Notes under the pieces: model-generated
What the model was told of the DNA's origin: nothing
Seen by the model: the letters and a program-made list of their open reading frames with translations, nothing else
Database searches by the model: none
Sequence record: SRR20825006_2952
Length of the DNA stretch: 48,674 nt
Reading direction: 5' to 3' (one strand)
Shown: positions 28,457 to 38,129 of the stretch, one piece after another
Layout: each line of letters starts with the position of its first letter
How positions within the stretch are numbered: position 1 is the first letter of the stretch
Translations under genes and position numbers: made by a program

Positions 28457-31400
28457 TTAATTACTGATATTTGAATGAGAACCCTTCTTTTTGGCTGAGA
28501 ATCTAAACTCAAGTCTGAACTTATTATCTGTATCAACTATATGACTAGCGCTTAATTGGATGAGTTGAGTATGTATTAGGGTTAGCCCAAGGTTTTTAGG
28601 TTCGTCAAAAATATTGTCGTCGGTAAATCCTTTGCCATTATCTTCATATAACACAATAACACAATTGTCTTCCACTTTTAGTCTAACTGTTATTTTCCCT
28701 TTTTTCCCTTCTTCAAAAGCATATTTAAATGAGTTGGTAAAAAGTTCATTGAACAAAAGCCCTAATGGTATCGCCTCATTTATGTTCATTTTATAATCTT
28801 CGATATTAATCTCTACGTCAATATTTTTACGATCGTCTTTCAGTGTTCTTGTAATTGCAGGAAGCAATGAATCTAGATAAGAATGAATATTTATAGACGA
28901 CAAATCCTGAGATTTATACATCAACTCATGAACCATAGCAATCGAGATTATTCGGTTGATGCTTTGATCAAAGGCGTAGGTCAACCTTTCGTCGTTAGTT
29001 TCGTTACTTTGAAGTTGTAGCAGCCCCGAAACTATGGCTAAATTATTTTTAACACGATGGTGAATTTCAGATAAAAGAGTTGTCTTTTCCTGAAGTGATT
29101 TAGCAATGGTTTCCTCATTCTTCTTTCTTTCCGTCACATCTTGAGTCATCCCCATTAAGCGCTGAACATTCCCTTCTTTATCTTTAATAGGCACAAATGA
29201 TGACAAAAATCGCTTCCCATAAATTGAGTCATACTCGAACTCTGAGTGCTCTCCCTTAAATGCTCTTTCTTGAAGATCTGTAATTCTTGGTAAGTCTTTT
29301 TCACCAATATTCTGCAAATAAGGTAACCCAACTATTTCATTCACATCCGATAAACCTACAATACCAAGCCCTGCCTTATTTATAGACATCAACATCCCAT
29401 CCATATCAATTTCATGGATACAGTAAGGCGAATTATTCACAAGAGTTCTAAATCGATATTCACTTTCTCTTAATTGCTCTTCAGCTCGATTTTTAAATGT
29501 AATGTCTTCAACCAAAGACATTACATTTATAACTTCGCCTTCTTCATTTTTAATGATAGAATTATACCAAATACAATCTACTACTTTTCCACTTTTGGTA
29601 TAGTTACTGTTGTATGAGATATTTCCATTTACATCTCCTTTTGATAGTTCAGAACCTACATCTACGACCTCTTTCTTGCTTTTCTCGTGGATAAAATCAA
29701 AGGCATGTTTACCTATCATTTCCTCTTCAGACCACCCAAACATCTCCTCACATTTTTTCGACCATTTAGTTATATACAAATCCTTTGTATACTCTATAAC
29801 CCCTAATGGTGAATTTTCAAGATGACTTCTAAGCTGCTCTAAAACTCTTTTTAATTCATTTTCGGCTTCTACTTTCTCTGTAACATCTCTGAAATTATCC
29901 ACTATACCACGAACAGCAGGGTCATCAAGTAAGTTTGTAACTACCGCTTCAATCCATCTCCAGCTTCCATCCTTATGCTTCATCCTAGATGTATACCCTT
30001 TAATAGTTTCACCTGGATTCATAAGAGCGAGCTCTATTCTTTTTAGGGCCTCAGGTAAGTCATCTTCATGTATTAACCCTGCTAAACCAAGCTCTATAAC
30101 TTCTTCTTCTGTATAGCCAAGAATTCTCTTAACGGATGGCCCAATGTAAGAAGCTGTTCCATCTAGATTTAATATAGCGACGCCATCACTTCCGTTTTCG
30201 ATGAGCGCTTTAAACCTTTGTTCATACTTTTTAGACTCCTGTTCTGCTTTCTCTCGAGCAGTTATATCTATTATAAAAGAGGTTATCCCGATAATTTCAT
30301 GGTTATCATCAATAATTGGTGCCAACTTATTTTCATAATAATTGCCATGAAAAGGGCCTTCATCTTCTATGTAGGTAAACTCAACATGTTCACCTATAAG
30401 CACCTTCTCAAAAATAGCTTTAACTCTTTCACTAAGTTCTTTATCTGGAAAACAATCTAGAACACAATCCCCAATCACTATTTCTCTATTAAAGAATTTT
30501 TTAACTGATTTTTCATGGGAGGTAGTAAATGCTAGGTAGCAAAAATTTCTGTCTAGGGAGAATATCTCCATATCTTTGGGACTCTCTAGAATAGATTGTA
30601 ATAAGCCTGACTTGTTTTTATACATCTCACGGCTAGCTATTAACTCACGCGACTTTTCTTCTAGTAATTCTTTTAGCTCTTCTGGTTTTCTGAAGAATAA
30701 AATTGATGTATATCCACTTATGAAGCCTATTATCAGAGATAAAGTCATGATTAATAGTAATGCTATTTTGGCTTCACTTCTTCCAATTTTAGCACCATAA
30801 AGTTTCCAGTCCCCATCAGGAAAATTAACCTTATCGTAAGAGTTTAACTCCACACCTTCTCTAAGCGGAAGAAAATACTCCTCTTCTCCAGTATTTGGAT
30901 TTGTTTTTGAAAGCTGGAAATAATATTCGTCAAAATAGTAGCTGTTAATTCCGGACTGATTTATGAGTGTCTCTAAATAAATTAGGACGGCAGAGTACCC
31001 CCAAAGCTTCTCGTTAAAAAAAATAGGTAGTCTCCCAATAACGGCAAGTCCACCTTGTTTTAGCTCAAATGGCCCAGCAAAATACATTTGTTCGCTAGTT
31101 AAGGCCTTTTCTAGTTCTATCTTAACTTTTGGATCGTGCAAGACATCATAACCGACTACAACCTCATTCCCTTCTAAAGGATACACATACTCAATTACAC
31201 CATCAGGTAGCAGTTCTAGAACATCAATATTTTCATTGTTTTTTAATAAGCGAGCAGCAACAGAATCAAAATCTCTTACTTTTCCATCTAGACCTACCGT
31301 TAATGCGAGGGTAAGAGCCGCAGTTTGACTTTCGTGAATAATTCTTTCAATATTTTGCTCAATAGCGGCTATAACTTTTATAAGGTCATTTCTCTCCATT

Positions 31401-31507
31401 TGACGTAGACCTTGATACCTAAAAAAAGCAATTAGGAATCCTAAAGTAATTATTACAATGCCTACTAGAAATCCCTTGACCTCAGGCTTACTAAAAATTT
31501 TCATCAT
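28457..31507 (-). CDS. Membrane CHASE-domain, multi-PAS sensor histidine kinase (HisKA_2 type)
   Basis: Two TM helices flanking YVYPLEGNE...AGPFELKQGG...R.PIF...WG (CHASE); about four PAS domains; EIHHRVKNNL, NELFTNSFKYAF, DNGKG. Confidence 0.9.
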   Translation of the reverse strand: MMKIFSKPEVKGFLVGIVIITLGFLIAFFRYQGLRQMERNDLIKVIAAIEQNIERIIHESQTAALTLALTVGLDGKVRDFDSVAARLLKNNENIDVLELLPDGVIEYVYPLEGNEVVVGYDVLHDPKVKIELEKALTSEQMYFAGPFELKQGGLAVIGRLPIFFNEKLWGYSAVLIYLETLINQSGINSYYFDEYYFQLSKTNPNTGEEEYFLPLREGVELNSYDKVNFPDGDWKLYGAKIGRSEAKIALLLIMTLSLIIGFISGYTSILFFRKPEELKELLEEKSRELIASREMYKNKSGLLQSILESPKDMEIFSLDRNFCYLAFTTSHEKSVKKFFNREIVIGDCVLDCFPDKELSERVKAIFEKVLIGEHVEFTYIEDEGPFHGNYYENKLAPIIDDNHEIIGITSFIIDITAREKAEQESKKYEQRFKALIENGSDGVAILNLDGTASYIGPSVKRILGYTEEEVIELGLAGLIHEDDLPEALKRIELALMNPGETIKGYTSRMKHKDGSWRWIEAVVTNLLDDPAVRGIVDNFRDVTEKVEAENELKRVLEQLRSHLENSPLGVIEYTKDLYITKWSKKCEEMFGWSEEEMIGKHAFDFIHEKSKKEVVDVGSELSKGDVNGNISYNSNYTKSGKVVDCIWYNSIIKNEEGEVINVMSLVEDITFKNRAEEQLRESEYRFRTLVNNSPYCIHEIDMDGMLMSINKAGLGIVGLSDVNEIVGLPYLQNIGEKDLPRITDLQERAFKGEHSEFEYDSIYGKRFLSSFVPIKDKEGNVQRLMGMTQDVTERKKNEETIAKSLQEKTTLLSEIHHRVKNNLAIVSGLLQLQSNETNDERLTYAFDQSINRIISIAMVHELMYKSQDLSSINIHSYLDSLLPAITRTLKDDRKNIDVEINIEDYKMNINEAIPLGLLFNELFTNSFKYAFEEGKKGKITVRLKVEDNCVIVLYEDNGKGFTDDNIFDEPKNLGLTLIHTQLIQLSASHIVDTDNKFRLEFRFSAKKKGSHSNISN

Positions 31508-31920
31508 ATTAAGTCCTAGAATCCTTACAGCTATCTACCTCAAATATCTTAAACCACACCTAAAATAACTACCGTTATAGTTATATAATTCCTTTATGTG
31601 GTTCTAAGCTTTTATTCTCGGAGTCTTTAACATTTACCCATATTACATCATAAAATAAATGTTATTTATTCATGAAAAAATTATAATACTGCAATGTTGA
31701 AATGAATATCAGTGAGTTAGTGATATTTACCACTCAATAATAATCCTGCCAACAAATACTTAGAGGTCGTGTTCGGTTTGGCTTTTTTCATTTCAGATAT
31801 TAACATATAGGCATTATTAGGAGTTATTATCGTCCCTTTTGGAAGTTTATTAATAAATTACTGTTACTTATTTTCCAATTTTTAGAAGTAGAATCAGGCT
31901 GTTAAACTGAACTTTTCTTT

Positions 31921-34491
31921 TCAGAACTGAATTTGGAGCTTATCGTTTAGATTAGATTGTTCAAGTCGGATTTCCGTATAAAACACGTCCTCTTTTGTTG
32001 TTGAAGACCATGAGTTTATATTTGCACCGTTTTGGATAACGCTTACTGGTTTTTCTGTAGATTGGATGTGCATGGTTACACTATGCGACTTAAAACTGGT
32101 GAGATTCATCTCTAGTCTTTGTTCGGACTTTAAATAAGAAATTGAATTAAGTATTGCATTTACCTGTGTTAGTAAGGGAGTTTCTAATTTTCCTTTTTGA
32201 ATCTCAAGGGTATTAAAATCTGTTTCCAACTTATTTGGAAGAACTAAACTATTATAGGGTTTATCATTCAATGTTAGACGTTGCACACTATTACCTTCTC
32301 CATTGATTCTTACTAAATACTTTGATCCCGAAGCTGATAGGTTAAACTTTATAGCGTTTAATTCTTCATTGGTATAAGGCTCGATTCTAATATTCCACTC
32401 CGTTTCCTTCACTCCAAACAAATTGTACAAACTGTATAAATACCAACCTGCTGCCCAAGTGAACTGAGGCTTATCAATTTTGCCATAGACCGATGGATTA
32501 CTCTTATCGCTAACTCTGTACTCATACATTGCTGGCTGGCCGTTTGGGCTATTTATGGCGCCGTCTACCGTCATTACTCGCTTAATAAATTGTAGGGCTT
32601 CCTCTTGCTTACCAATCTCCATCAAGGAAAGTGCATACCATGCATTTCCATGAGGCCAGATTCCGCCGTTGATGTAATAAAATGGGTCACCAGCTTCGTT
32701 ACCAGCAAGTTTCAGATATTCGATAAGATTTTGGAAATCCATCGGATACACGGTATAAACTCCAATTTTGGGATCTACAATTTTTTGCTCGGCAGTGGCT
32801 GTTAACTTTTCTTTTCTTTCTTGGCTAAGCAGATTGTAATGGCTACCTAATAAAGAACCGATATAATAATGTTCATCCAAAGTTCCATCTTCGAAATAGT
32901 TAATTAAATACTCTTGTTGCTCACTCCAAAGCTGTTCATTGAGAGCCAACTCCATTTCTTCAATTTCCTTTTCCAATTGCAATAGAGATTCTTGGTTCTC
33001 TCCCAAAGTACTTGAGATGTATAGATACTCTTTCAGCGCTTTAATTGCTAAAATGGTGGTGTAAGAACGAGGACCGAAATTACGTGCGATATCCCACCAA
33101 TCTGGGCGGTATGAATAAATGATATCATTCTTCTTATGCGTTTTGAAGTCGTTCACACTTTTAGATAAATACGGATATAACTTCTTCAAGAAATCGGTAT
33201 CTCCTGAATGGCGAAGGTAACTACCTGATGTAATCACATACCAAAAATGATTCCAATTATCGGGTGGTGCAAATTCTGTGGCATACTTATTATCTTTCCA
33301 ATAATATGCATGAGGAATCACGTAATTGGAGTCGGCATGGGAAGTAATAAATTCTAAATCTTGTTTTACTCTTGGGAGATCAAAGTTAACAGCTGCTAAA
33401 TCCGTAAGTAGAACATCGTGAGTAAAATAGAAGTTGTATTCGGCAGGACAAGGCATTGGTTGGATAGAGCCGTCAATATAGTGGCGATTAACATCCAAAA
33501 TGCTATTTGCCCAAAGCACCGAATGATCTAGTACCTTATCTCCCGTTTGGAATGTGTTCTTCCTGGTGTAGTCTAAAACTTGTTGTTCATAAGCGAGCAC
33601 TTCTTCTTTGGCTGTTTTCAAAAGTATTGAAACGAGTTCGTAACCCTCTCCTTTTTTAGCCGAACCAATCACTTGTTCAACTTCTAATGATTCGCCCGGA
33701 AGAGTGTTTTGGGAATATTTATATCTAAAAGCTGGTGTTTTTGGGGATGATTTTGAGGCTGTTTGTCCACCTAAGTTTGTGTTCATTCCACTCCACCACT
33801 TTTCGGAAGCTGGCAAACTATCTAGTTCACTAACAGCACTAAAGGAAGTTGGTTGTAAGCCAATATTACCAGCAAATAACTGAACATTCTGAACTTCATC
33901 ATCCTCAAAATTCTGAAACAGTACTGATCCTTCTTTTCTAAATTCACTCCACGCTTTGTCTTTGGTAGCAAAGGTATGGCTTGTTTTTAAACTAGCTTGT
34001 AAATCGGTATAAAGTTCAAGATTCACAACTTTGCTGCTTGTATTCTTGATGCTATAGCTAATCACAAAAGCAGGGCTATCCTTTGTGAATTGATAGCGAA
34101 TAGATATTTCTTTGGAAGGATCTTTTTTGGTGAATGTGACTTCATAGGGAGTTAATTCCATCTCGAAAGGTTCCAGACCAATCCATTCGCTTTTCTTCTC
34201 TCCTTCTTTCAAAGCTAGAGCCATTGAGTAGGTTTGGTCGCGAGTCCAGTAATCGTTGCTTAAATCGATGCTGTTTGCAACTGGATAATAAAAACTAACT
34301 CGTTGAGGAAGTGGCGAACTGTGATGAAATTCGAGTCCTACATAAGGACTTCCAACTTCTACGGATGCATCTCCATTGAAATGAACCGCTATCGAATCTC
34401 TGAGTGTGCTCTTCTCCTGAGCGTGAACCATTAAAGAGTTCCACCCAATCATCAAAAATAAACATCCTAAAGATGTAGCGGTTTTTTTCAT
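31921..34491 (-). CDS. Secreted (alpha/alpha)6-barrel glycoside hydrolase-like protein (GDE_C/amylo-alpha-1,6-glucosidase-like), family unassigned
   Basis: Signal peptide ending VHA/Q; FTHD, DWWD, YINGGIWPHGNA, MYEY, PQFTWAAG mirror GDE_C motifs (WxD, YHNGSVWPHDNA, PE, PQAWAA). Confidence 0.6.
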   Translation of the reverse strand: MKKTATSLGCLFLMIGWNSLMVHAQEKSTLRDSIAVHFNGDASVEVGSPYVGLEFHHSSPLPQRVSFYYPVANSIDLSNDYWTRDQTYSMALALKEGEKKSEWIGLEPFEMELTPYEVTFTKKDPSKEISIRYQFTKDSPAFVISYSIKNTSSKVVNLELYTDLQASLKTSHTFATKDKAWSEFRKEGSVLFQNFEDDEVQNVQLFAGNIGLQPTSFSAVSELDSLPASEKWWSGMNTNLGGQTASKSSPKTPAFRYKYSQNTLPGESLEVEQVIGSAKKGEGYELVSILLKTAKEEVLAYEQQVLDYTRKNTFQTGDKVLDHSVLWANSILDVNRHYIDGSIQPMPCPAEYNFYFTHDVLLTDLAAVNFDLPRVKQDLEFITSHADSNYVIPHAYYWKDNKYATEFAPPDNWNHFWYVITSGSYLRHSGDTDFLKKLYPYLSKSVNDFKTHKKNDIIYSYRPDWWDIARNFGPRSYTTILAIKALKEYLYISSTLGENQESLLQLEKEIEEMELALNEQLWSEQQEYLINYFEDGTLDEHYYIGSLLGSHYNLLSQERKEKLTATAEQKIVDPKIGVYTVYPMDFQNLIEYLKLAGNEAGDPFYYINGGIWPHGNAWYALSLMEIGKQEEALQFIKRVMTVDGAINSPNGQPAMYEYRVSDKSNPSVYGKIDKPQFTWAAGWYLYSLYNLFGVKETEWNIRIEPYTNEELNAIKFNLSASGSKYLVRINGEGNSVQRLTLNDKPYNSLVLPNKLETDFNTLEIQKGKLETPLLTQVNAILNSISYLKSEQRLEMNLTSFKSHSVTMHIQSTEKPVSVIQNGANINSWSSTTKEDVFYTEIRLEQSNLNDKLQIQF

Positions 34492-34492
34492 T

Positions 34493-35620
34493 CTAATCCT
34501 TTTCTATTTCGTCAATAAGAGATTGCATGTTGATTTTTGCTCCAAATATTCGGCTATCAGCACCCGCGTATGGTAAAATTAAGTCCTCGCCAAGTTTATA
34601 ATTAGCGCAAATGAAGAGTACGTTATCAACTCCCAAATTTTCGTCGCCTTTTTGCTCTTCGGAACCTGTTGGTCGCATCAATGGCTCAATTCTCTTTTGA
34701 GGAATACAAGAACCGATTTCTGGGAAATGAAGTATGGTAGCCGAAAGATCGTATTCTCGTTTGTGATCTGGCAAATAATGCCCTTGATGGTAAATGGTTA
34801 GAAATTTGTTATCTCCTAATGAAATTGGAGGTCCACCCGCACCAATCCACGACTGGCTAAACTCTTGGAATTTGTAACTCGCCATCACCATCCCTTTACT
34901 CTTCCAAGGCCCAAATAGACTTTCTGACACAGCCCAGTGAAGCGCTTTTGGATATTCACCAAACATTGGTCGATGTAAAAGAACCCATTTCCCATTTACT
35001 TTTTCAGGAAGCAGTACCGCGTTTTTGTTGTCAACATCGTTTAGATTTCCTGAAATTGGACCATGTAATTCCCAATCAATAAAATCTTTTGTAGTCGCTA
35101 AGCAGATGTGGACTTTGTTGGTATTCACCTCAGAATTGAAATAGTATCCTGTATAGAAAAAGTAAAAAGTCCCGTCAATGAAAGTACAGCGACCGTCTTC
35201 AACACCTAAATTATGGAAGGATTCTACAGGTGCAATTGCATGAGTTTCACGCCTCCACACAAGTTCTAAAGTTGGAGTGAAAACCGCGAGTCCTGCCGAT
35301 GATGGTGCCACACCTTTTGTCTCGTCAACTTCGCCTTGGGCACGGTAAAGCATAACCGTTGCTCCACCCGCATCTAACAAGGTTTGTTTTTGGCTTTCAT
35401 CAATATCCCAGCTTGTCATGATTTGCTGCAAAAGTTCCAAATCGTCGATAAGAATTGCAGCTGGATTTAGCACCACTTTTGATTCCCAAGGAGAATCTGT
35501 TTTGGGTGTAAGAATGGGTTTCCCTCCATTCATCCTAACAATTTCTAACGAGTGAGTTATTTCTATACTTTTTTTTGGTCCTTGCTCGTAAGCAGGGCTG
35601 GCATCTTCTAAGTGAGGCAT
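34493..35620 (-). CDS. GH130 family protein (divergent)
   Basis: WESKVVLNPAA, LYRA, GVEDGR, NKNAVLLPEK, LHRP, IGAG, YH, NVLF, YAGADS five-bladed propeller motifs. Confidence 0.85.
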   Translation of the reverse strand: MPHLEDASPAYEQGPKKSIEITHSLEIVRMNGGKPILTPKTDSPWESKVVLNPAAILIDDLELLQQIMTSWDIDESQKQTLLDAGGATVMLYRAQGEVDETKGVAPSSAGLAVFTPTLELVWRRETHAIAPVESFHNLGVEDGRCTFIDGTFYFFYTGYYFNSEVNTNKVHICLATTKDFIDWELHGPISGNLNDVDNKNAVLLPEKVNGKWVLLHRPMFGEYPKALHWAVSESLFGPWKSKGMVMASYKFQEFSQSWIGAGGPPISLGDNKFLTIYHQGHYLPDHKREYDLSATILHFPEIGSCIPQKRIEPLMRPTGSEEQKGDENLGVDNVLFICANYKLGEDLILPYAGADSRIFGAKINMQSLIDEIEKD

Positions 35621-35641
35621 TCTTGTATCTACTTGAAAGTT

Positions 35642-36652
35642 TTAATCGTTGTTAGTTTTGTTCTTCTTCATCCAGTCTAAGACTTCTGCTAATGGTGCTT
35701 GAGCATGACCAATCACTGAATCTGCTGCTCCATAATACACATGTAAGGTATCGTCAATAATGACTGCCCCTTCAGGAAAAACCACGTTAGCAACATCACC
35801 AAAGAGCTCGAAATCTAATTCAGGTTCAAGCAATGGAATCGGGCTTTTAGCTATTACTTTTGATGGATCTTCCAGATCTAACAAAGCCATTCCCATTCTA
35901 TAAACATGATTGGTATCAACACCATGATAAATAAGCAACCAGCCTTCGGGAGTTTCGATTGGAGTTGGACCTGCACCAATTTTTAAATTCTCCCATTCAA
36001 ATTCGGGTCGCATTACGGTGTGTTCTTCTAAATTTGCTAAATGATCTTCCCAAACGCCTTCTAAAGGATTGTGGAATTCGTCGATAGAATCGAAGTAGAT
36101 AATTTGAATATTGGGAACAACTCGATGAAGCATTGCGATTTTCCCGTTAATTCTCTTTGGGAAGATAACAGCGTCTTTATCTCTTAAATCAGTAGGGCCA
36201 GCAATTCCATTCTTCTCAATTGTTTTGAAATCGTTTGTGATTGCCAAACCAATTCTAACACCATTTACCTCATCAAAAGCATGACGTTGGAGTGCAGTGT
36301 AGGTAATTAAGTATTGGCCATCTAAACGGGAAATTCTAGGGTCTTCTGAACCGAACTTATTGAACCAATGTTCAGTTCCAATAAATGGTTCCTCCCTCCA
36401 TTCGAAATTTATTCCATCCTTACTAGATGCATAACCGATGTAGGAAATATACTTTTCATCAAAACCTGTATCTGGCTCACCTGGCGAAACATTTTTAAGT
36501 TTAATTCTCTCGTATCCTTTTGGAATCGCCCTGAATAACAAGTGCACCAACTCTCCGCCGTAATACGCACCAGGATTAAATACAGCACCGCTTGCCCATT
36601 CTATATCTTCTCTTGGAGATAATAGAGGTATTTTTGTTTTTTTAAACATCAT
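35642..36652 (-). CDS. GH130 mannoside phosphorylase (beta-1,2-mannobiose/oligomannan phosphorylase-like)
   Basis: VFNPGA, EDPR, DKDAVIFP, LHR, KIGAG, IYHGV, YRMG, NVVFPEG, YYGAAD. Family assignment is secure; linkage specificity is inferred. Confidence 0.88.
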   Translation of the reverse strand: MMFKKTKIPLLSPREDIEWASGAVFNPGAYYGGELVHLLFRAIPKGYERIKLKNVSPGEPDTGFDEKYISYIGYASSKDGINFEWREEPFIGTEHWFNKFGSEDPRISRLDGQYLITYTALQRHAFDEVNGVRIGLAITNDFKTIEKNGIAGPTDLRDKDAVIFPKRINGKIAMLHRVVPNIQIIYFDSIDEFHNPLEGVWEDHLANLEEHTVMRPEFEWENLKIGAGPTPIETPEGWLLIYHGVDTNHVYRMGMALLDLEDPSKVIAKSPIPLLEPELDFELFGDVANVVFPEGAVIIDDTLHVYYGAADSVIGHAQAPLAEVLDWMKKNKTNND

Positions 36653-36680
36653 ATGACCTTAGCCAACTAGTAATTAGTTT

Positions 36681-38129
36681 TTATTTTATAATCTCGTTCA
36701 ATTCAGACTCAGTTAAGATCTGAGTCGATGTATCTGTTAGGTTCAGTAACACTGCAATTCGTTCTTTTTTTCCATTTTCAGTTACTTCAAAAAATCTATA
36801 TTTATACTCTTTGCCATTAACCGTAACTGATTGTGGCTCACCTGAAGATGCATAAAACCATTTGTTTGAAAGTGCATATTGTTCTACTTCTAATACCGTA
36901 AAATTTGCTTCTATTGTAGACTCAGCTCCTGAGTTTTTGTTCACCCCTGAAACACTGTTAATTCCATCGTAACCATAACCATGCAAGGAATTGTACATTT
37001 TGGTTTTTGCAACATTGTTGCCGTTTAGCCAGCTAGCAATTAAACCGCTCATAATTGCATAATCGTCATTATCTGTAGCTTCATAGAGGCGAACAAGCCC
37101 CACCGAAGCTGCGCGAACCGCATAAGCAATTTGCTCAAAAGACCTACGATTATTGGGATCTTGAAGCTCAAAAGAATGCAACCATCCGTTTACTAATAAC
37201 CATGGATAAAAATTATCTGCTTCAATTTTAGCACTTTCCAATTTCCCTGCTTGTGATAGAGCCATTGTTTGTGAGTTTCCCCAACCGTGCCAACCACCTT
37301 CCCATGAAATGTGCGCACCATATGGAGCTTCAGCAACATTACCATATTGAAGCAGTGCAATACCCTCACTTAATTTATCGATAGCATCTGTGTATTTATT
37401 AGCTTCAGAAACTTTAGCTGCTTCTGTTAATCCAAGTAGCAATTCACTTGAAGCATCTGAGGCAGACTCCTCAATTAACCAAGTTGGCATTTCGCGTCCA
37501 TTTACCATTTTTGTAGCGGGATATTTTGAAGTCACCTGATTAACGTGTGGCATTAATTTGTCTAACGAAAGAATACAGGTATTGGCAAAAGTGGAGTCGT
37601 AATCGGCCAAAACTCTTGCACCTGTTCCAAGTGCCCAAGCCGCTCTTGCTGCCCACCAATTCAACTTATCGGCTACACTATTTTTATGTGTTGTATTTTT
37701 TTCGAGTTTATTATCCCAGACGAAATTATGGAAAAGCCCTTCATCGGTTTGCATATACATTACAAATCGTAGTAATTCTTTTGCTTTCTCTGCTGATTCT
37801 TCTTTTCCAGTAAGTTCAAAATGGCGTAAATACACCACTGCAGCACGTGTTGCATCATCTACACAAGCCTCACCTTCGTCGTCATCACCAATCCAATTAT
37901 AGCTGGGTGCATCAGCATAAATATGGATGATTCGTAAATCTTGCCCACCATAATTTACAACCTCACCTAAAGAATCGAGGTGATTTAGATTTAAAATCGA
38001 AGGGACTATTTCATCCTTTGGGCTATTCTCTTTGCAATTCACAAAAAAGAGAATCAAAAAGACACCATAAACGGGAAGGTATTTCTTAATATGAGTGAGT
38101 GTTTTTGTCATTAGAAATAGTTTAGTCAT
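36681..38129 (-). CDS. Uncharacterised lipoprotein, probable (alpha/alpha)6 barrel
   Basis: Lipobox FFVNC; CVDDATRA, GLFHNF, WWAARAAWALG, FEQ, YDGI, VNKNSGAESTI resemble the DDNARA/NQGAEST domain found fused to GT4 enzymes next to GH130 genes. Confidence 0.6.
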   Translation of the reverse strand: MTKLFLMTKTLTHIKKYLPVYGVFLILFFVNCKENSPKDEIVPSILNLNHLDSLGEVVNYGGQDLRIIHIYADAPSYNWIGDDDEGEACVDDATRAAVVYLRHFELTGKEESAEKAKELLRFVMYMQTDEGLFHNFVWDNKLEKNTTHKNSVADKLNWWAARAAWALGTGARVLADYDSTFANTCILSLDKLMPHVNQVTSKYPATKMVNGREMPTWLIEESASDASSELLLGLTEAAKVSEANKYTDAIDKLSEGIALLQYGNVAEAPYGAHISWEGGWHGWGNSQTMALSQAGKLESAKIEADNFYPWLLVNGWLHSFELQDPNNRRSFEQIAYAVRAASVGLVRLYEATDNDDYAIMSGLIASWLNGNNVAKTKMYNSLHGYGYDGINSVSGVNKNSGAESTIEANFTVLEVEQYALSNKWFYASSGEPQSVTVNGKEYKYRFFEVTENGKKERIAVLLNLTDTSTQILTESELNEIIK

